Shown here piece after piece: positions 59,491 through 64,000 of a stretch of 64,000 nt of DNA. Made by a program: the position numbers and the translations under genes. Every line of letters starts with the position of its first letter. The stretch's first letter is position 1. The stretch lies in assembly GCF_009914755.1 (NCBI RefSeq), contig NC_060936.1; one strand, 5' to 3'. Source of the stretch: the human T2T-CHM13v2.0 reference genome, Homo sapiens. The notes under the pieces were generated by a model, which did not search any database, was not told the DNA's origin, and saw only the letters and a program-made list of their open reading frames with translations.

Positions 59491-59794
59491 ATATTTAAAA
59501 ATACATTATATTTTATATTATATATAAATCAGTAGCATGATGACATCAGGAAGTGAAATTATTTATTTTTTTCCTGTTCAGCATTTATAGCAATTCATTT
59601 TGTCTGGATGTTTGCTGGGCCATGTGCTCCAGTCAAAGATTAACCTTTGCAGGAAAAATTTAAAAAATTAAAAATGTACATTTAATTCTAATGTTTTAAA
59701 TTTTCTCTACTCAGAAGAGGTTAAAAGGAAGATAAAAAATAGTTTATATCAATCTGATATATTATTTAGATAGTCTGGCTTTGAGTCAAAGAGA

Positions 59795-59900
59795 CCAGGA
59801 AGAAAAGAAGAAGAGCAAGGAGGAGAGGAAGAGAAGAGGAGGAGGAAGAAGAGAAGGTGGAAGAAGAGAAGGAGGAAGTGAAAAAGGAGGAGGAGAAAAC
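59795..59900. repeat. GA-rich purine low-complexity tract
   Basis: Read directly from the sequence. Confidence 0.85.
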
Positions 59901-60836
59901 ATTAATTTAGAAGAAGGAATCAAACAAAGAAAGATTTGGAGGCCACTTCTTCACAGCCATATGGGATAAATGACAAAGAACAGGCCTTGCTATTTAATGA
60001 AAATAAGCTGCCAAAGTACAGGACCATGCAGAAAATAACAAAGCATTTAATTATACAGTGACAGTTGCAGCACTGGGGATTTCCCAGAGATTAATGGAGC
60101 AGCTGGGAAGAGTCGATGGCCCTGGGGACAGCCAATATGATCCCAGTCAATGAATAATACTCAGGAAAAGCTTCTTGTTAACTTCACTATTAAGCAGAAA
60201 ATGGAGGAGAACTTGGGTGCTTGGCTTGTTTTCCTCTTTTTCTTCTTATTAGAAAAAAATTAACATGGGGATAATTTGATTTCAATTAAGATTCCTACAG
60301 AGATAATTAGACTATCTAGTTCATCACACTCACTATTCAACTATCTTAACGATGGATAAAACTTTTCCACTATTTCAGGCTAAACTGGAAGTTACGACCA
60401 AGATAATCTTTGAGGAGATGGTGGGAGGAAATAGACTCTGAAAATTGACCTTTCAAGAGCAGAGGGGTAGAACCAGCTCTCAAGGCAACAAGTAGGAGTA
60501 AGGCACAATGCTGAATACTAGTAAAACACACTACTCTTGTTGGAAAGCAAAGCTTAAAATGTGCCCAAGAGTAAATGCAGTACTTAGCACATCCAAAGTC
60601 TAACTATATTAATACAAACTAAATGTGATTTGACTAGAAGCCAGCAAACTCCTTAAGTCTGGGGTCTTAGCACAATTGCTTACTTGTTCACACTTTATTT
60701 GGTGACCAGCCATAACACTGATGGGTCTTAAGTTTGACAATGTCAGCTACAAACATGAATTAAGGCCAAACATATTTACTACATTTTCTTAGTCATTTAG
60801 CTATTCTTAATAGCAAAAATAAATGCTCTGAGAACC

Positions 60837-61131
60837 TTTTTTTTTTTTTGAGATGGAGTTTTGCTGTTGTCACCCAGGCTGTAGGGCAACGGCGCAATCT
60901 TGGCTCACTGCAACATTTTCCTGCCTTATTCAAGCAATTCTCCTGCCTCGGCCTCCCGAGTAGCTGGAATTACAGGCACCCGCCACCACACCCAGCTATT
61001 TTTTGTACTTTAAGTAGAGACAGGGTTTTGCCATGTTGGCCAGGCTGGTCTTGAACTCCTGACCTCAAGTGATCCACCCGCCTCGGCCTCCCAAAGTGCT
61101 GGGATTACAGGTGTGAACCACCGTGCCTGGC
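60837..61131 (-). mobile_element. AluS (Sq/Sx-like)
   Basis: Reverse Alu; short TSD tgagaac on both sides. Confidence 0.92.
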
Positions 61132-61299
61132 TGAGAACTTTTTCTTGAGTTATACTAGATGAATTACAGACTTTATTATAATTTTATGAGACTACATATT
61201 GTTCTCCCTTTTATTATCAGGAAATAAATACTGAACATAGGAGGACATGGAGAATTTTTTCCCAGTGGAGTAAATTATAGAGAACACCAAACTGGGTTA

Positions 61300-61470
61300 T
61301 AGAGTTCCAGAGCTAGAATGGGTCCTTCAACAGGAAATACTTGTATCTTAAGGATGAGAAATAGATATCCAGAGAGATGAATTACTAGGTTTGCAAGGCC
61401 ACGTGGCTAATTAGTGAGAAAGCCAAGGCCTTAACTCCTGTTCCTTGTTCACCAGTCCAATGTTCATGTA
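61300..61470 (-). mobile_element. MIR fragment
   Basis: ggatgagaaa...ccagagag...caaggccacgtggctaattagtg. Confidence 0.55.
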
Positions 61471-62314
61471 TTTCCAGCAGTGTTTTGTTTCTTTCTCACA
61501 TGGTTGCCTTTAATGCCTCCTTGGTGAAGAGATATTTATCTTGCATGCTCTAATAGAATAGGTTTTTGACAAAGGACAAGACAGAACGCTCTGTCCAGAG
61601 ACCCAAGCTTGGGTAACCACTGTTACTTGGAGAAGGTCACAGTGTCTCTACAGATATATTCAGAAAGTTACACAAACACACAAAGCTTTCTAATCTATTA
61701 ACATTCTCTTTGGATCGTCATGCATGAAGAAATCCCCAAAGAGGAGGCAGCATCAAGTACATCAACAAAAAGTGATGATCTTGTGGATTATTTCATGCTC
61801 CAACTCTGACTCCTGCCCTGGGCATGGCATTCATCTTCCCTGAACTCCAGAAATAAAGATGTAATATATTTTTCATATTTAATGTAAAGATGAACTTTTT
61901 TAAAAAAATTAAGTGTATCTAGCACATAACAGGTGGACATGATGTGTGCTTATACCAAAAACATATTAAAATTGTATTTAGCATGTAATAGGTGCTCAAT
62001 AGTATGAGATTATTTGCTCTTCCTTAAAAGGGTTTTTCAGCTGAAATTATAGTCCTTAGAGATAAGTAAATATGCTACTTGGAGAAAGGATGAAATCAAC
62101 TGTCCTTTCCATGGCTTTCTGTTCTCTATGGGCAGTAGTTATGGGAATGCCTCAGACGCCCACGCACTCTCAGAGTATGATGAGAGATCACTTGTTCTTT
62201 TTATCAGATTTCTTGATTTCTTGATCAGTCACCAAAAAACACAAGGTGTCCCATATTGTCTCTTCTCCCCATAAGTCCACTACGATGTTGTGTAGTGATG
62301 GTAATGTTCTATGT

Positions 62315-62987
62315 TTGCCCTGCCTTACTTGGATTATTGCAGTAGCCTCCTAACTGGTTTCTAGGTTCCTACCCTTGTTTTCAACCTCTCTCCTGTAAAC
62401 ACACATCATATTGTTTTCTTAGCATAGAAATTATAGACTGTTAAATGTGTCACATGTCATTTCTTTGCTTAAAATATTCCAATGGTTTTTCATCTTATTC
62501 CAGTAATAGTCAAAGTCTTTATAGTGACCTGCAAGAAGCTACATAGTTTCACCTCCCCAAGAATCTCTCTGACCTCTTTCTTCTCTTCCATTCCACTCTA
62601 CTCCACCTAAACTGGCCTTCTTTTTGCAGAAATAGGCCCTTTCACTTGCTGTTTCCTTTTCCTAAAATACATTTGTCCATATATCCACATGATTCACTCT
62701 CTCACTCTTTTCAGATCTTTGCTTAAATGCAATCTTCTCGCTGAAATATTCTGGTTATTCTGTTAAAAATTGCAACTCTTAATATTATTTTTAGTCTCAT
62801 CAGTTTTCCCCATTATAGCTATTACTGACACACTGTGTATTGAAGTATTAATTTTCTTATTATGTCTCTTTCCCTTTAGAATGCAAATTTTGTTTTTAAA
62901 GCTCTTTTGTTCATTGCTATATTCCCATAGCCTTAAACAGTGACTTACATATAGTAGGTGGTAAATAAACATTTGTTGAATAGATGG
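62315..62987 (+). mobile_element. L2 3' portion
   Basis: ggattattgcagtagcctcctaactgg ... acatatagtaggtggtaaataaacatttgttgaat. Confidence 0.85.
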
Positions 62988-63486
62988 TTCTACAGCTAGA
63001 GGATTAGAAAGAAGTGTCTTCTGAGAAAGGACTTTGCATTACCTTAACCAAACATGAGGACTAAGAAATGGAGGGCTCACTGAATCTGTTCTCAAAAATT
63101 CATGGAAAAGGCAGAAGGCCACAGCCTCCTGGTTATCACTTATGTCAGCAAGGTTACAAACCAGGGAGCTTGACGTTAAGAAACCTGCATGATTTCTTAA
63201 ACTCTACACATTCCCAAATATGCTATTTTCATAATTCTCTATCCATTTCTAGGTAGTAGTTTACAATGTTACACTTCTCAGTAACAGTAAGATAAGAGAG
63301 AAGGGTACAGTATATGAAGTCCAGTTTAAAAATAAGATTACAGGTGTGGGAGTTCAATTCTGTAAGAATTAAAGTAGATGAGGATAGCTTAAAGGCTTAA
63401 AGCAGCTTAGGCCTGTTGCTTCTGTGGTAAGGGACATAAGAAAGCATGGGAAGCCAGTTTGGGCCTACAACAGGTCCTCAGGGTTC

Positions 63487-63706
63487 CAGGGGTGTCCAAT
63501 CTTTTGGCTTCCCTGCACCACATTGGAAGAAGAATTGTCTTGGGCCACACACAGAATACACTAACATTAATGATAGCTGATAAACTTTAAAAAAATCACA
63601 AAAGAATCTCATAACATTTTAAGAAAGTTTAAGAATTTGTTTTGGGCTGCATTCAAAGCTGTCCTGGGCTATATGCTGTGCACAGGCCGCAGGTCGGACA
63701 AGTTTG
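63487..63706 (+). mobile_element. MER30 hAT-Charlie MITE
   Basis: caggggtgtccaatcttttggcttccctg...cacattggaagaagaattgtcttgggccacac...ggacaagtttg. Confidence 0.92.
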
Positions 63707-64000
63707 GTAAATAGTGGGAATGTCTTGGGGTGCTCAGACACCCCAAAGCAAATGTCATTGGTAATGGGTTATGTACACAACATAGTTCTAGGTTGACCCA
63801 AAGATGGCAAAGATGCTCCTTGATTTGTAGGTCAACCCAGTTCTGATAGAGCCAAAGAGAGTTTTCAACATTTAGAATATACAGGTTAAGTAGCTGAAAA
63901 CATAAATGATAGGCAAAAACAAGAAGAAAGCCCAGTTTAAGACCCTGATAATGGACGGAGCCAAAGATGGGAAATACAAAAGAAGGAAGAACACAGTATC

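Noticed and set aside
63787-63837. Short imperfect hairpin ggttgacc...ggtcaacc
   Set aside because: Only an 8-bp perfect stem; too weak to call a pre-miRNA or MITE

Overview
This is AT-rich, CpG-poor hominid (human-like) genomic DNA, most likely intergenic or deep intronic. I found no protein-coding exon, RNA gene or CpG-island promoter that I can support. The ORF track is explained by Alu, L1, L2 and LTR sequence, microsatellites or chance. A large part of the window is interspersed repeats: 11 Alus (AluJ, AluS and AluY, most with target-site duplications, TSDs), two large old L1M blocks (5.6-15.1 kb nested; 45.2-49.4 kb), short L1PA 3' tips, many L2/MIR relics, MaLR and ERVL LTRs, a probable ancient Gypsy solo LTR, and hAT MITEs (MER81, MER119, MER5, MER30). 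I see no convincing new biological system. The most interesting items are mutational footprints and candidate regulatory elements. The footprints are a 41-bp templated insertion copied from 1.5 kb away, two near-identical ultra-short young L1 tips in inverted orientation, nested L1s and a micro-insertion with an A-tail. The regulatory candidates are a strong CTCF motif, MEIS/HOX/RBPJ, NFI/homeobox and ETS-IRF/NF-kB motif clusters in repeat-free blocks, plus possible non-coding exons. Repeat subfamily calls come from remembered consensus sequences, and boundaries are approximate unless a TSD is quoted.
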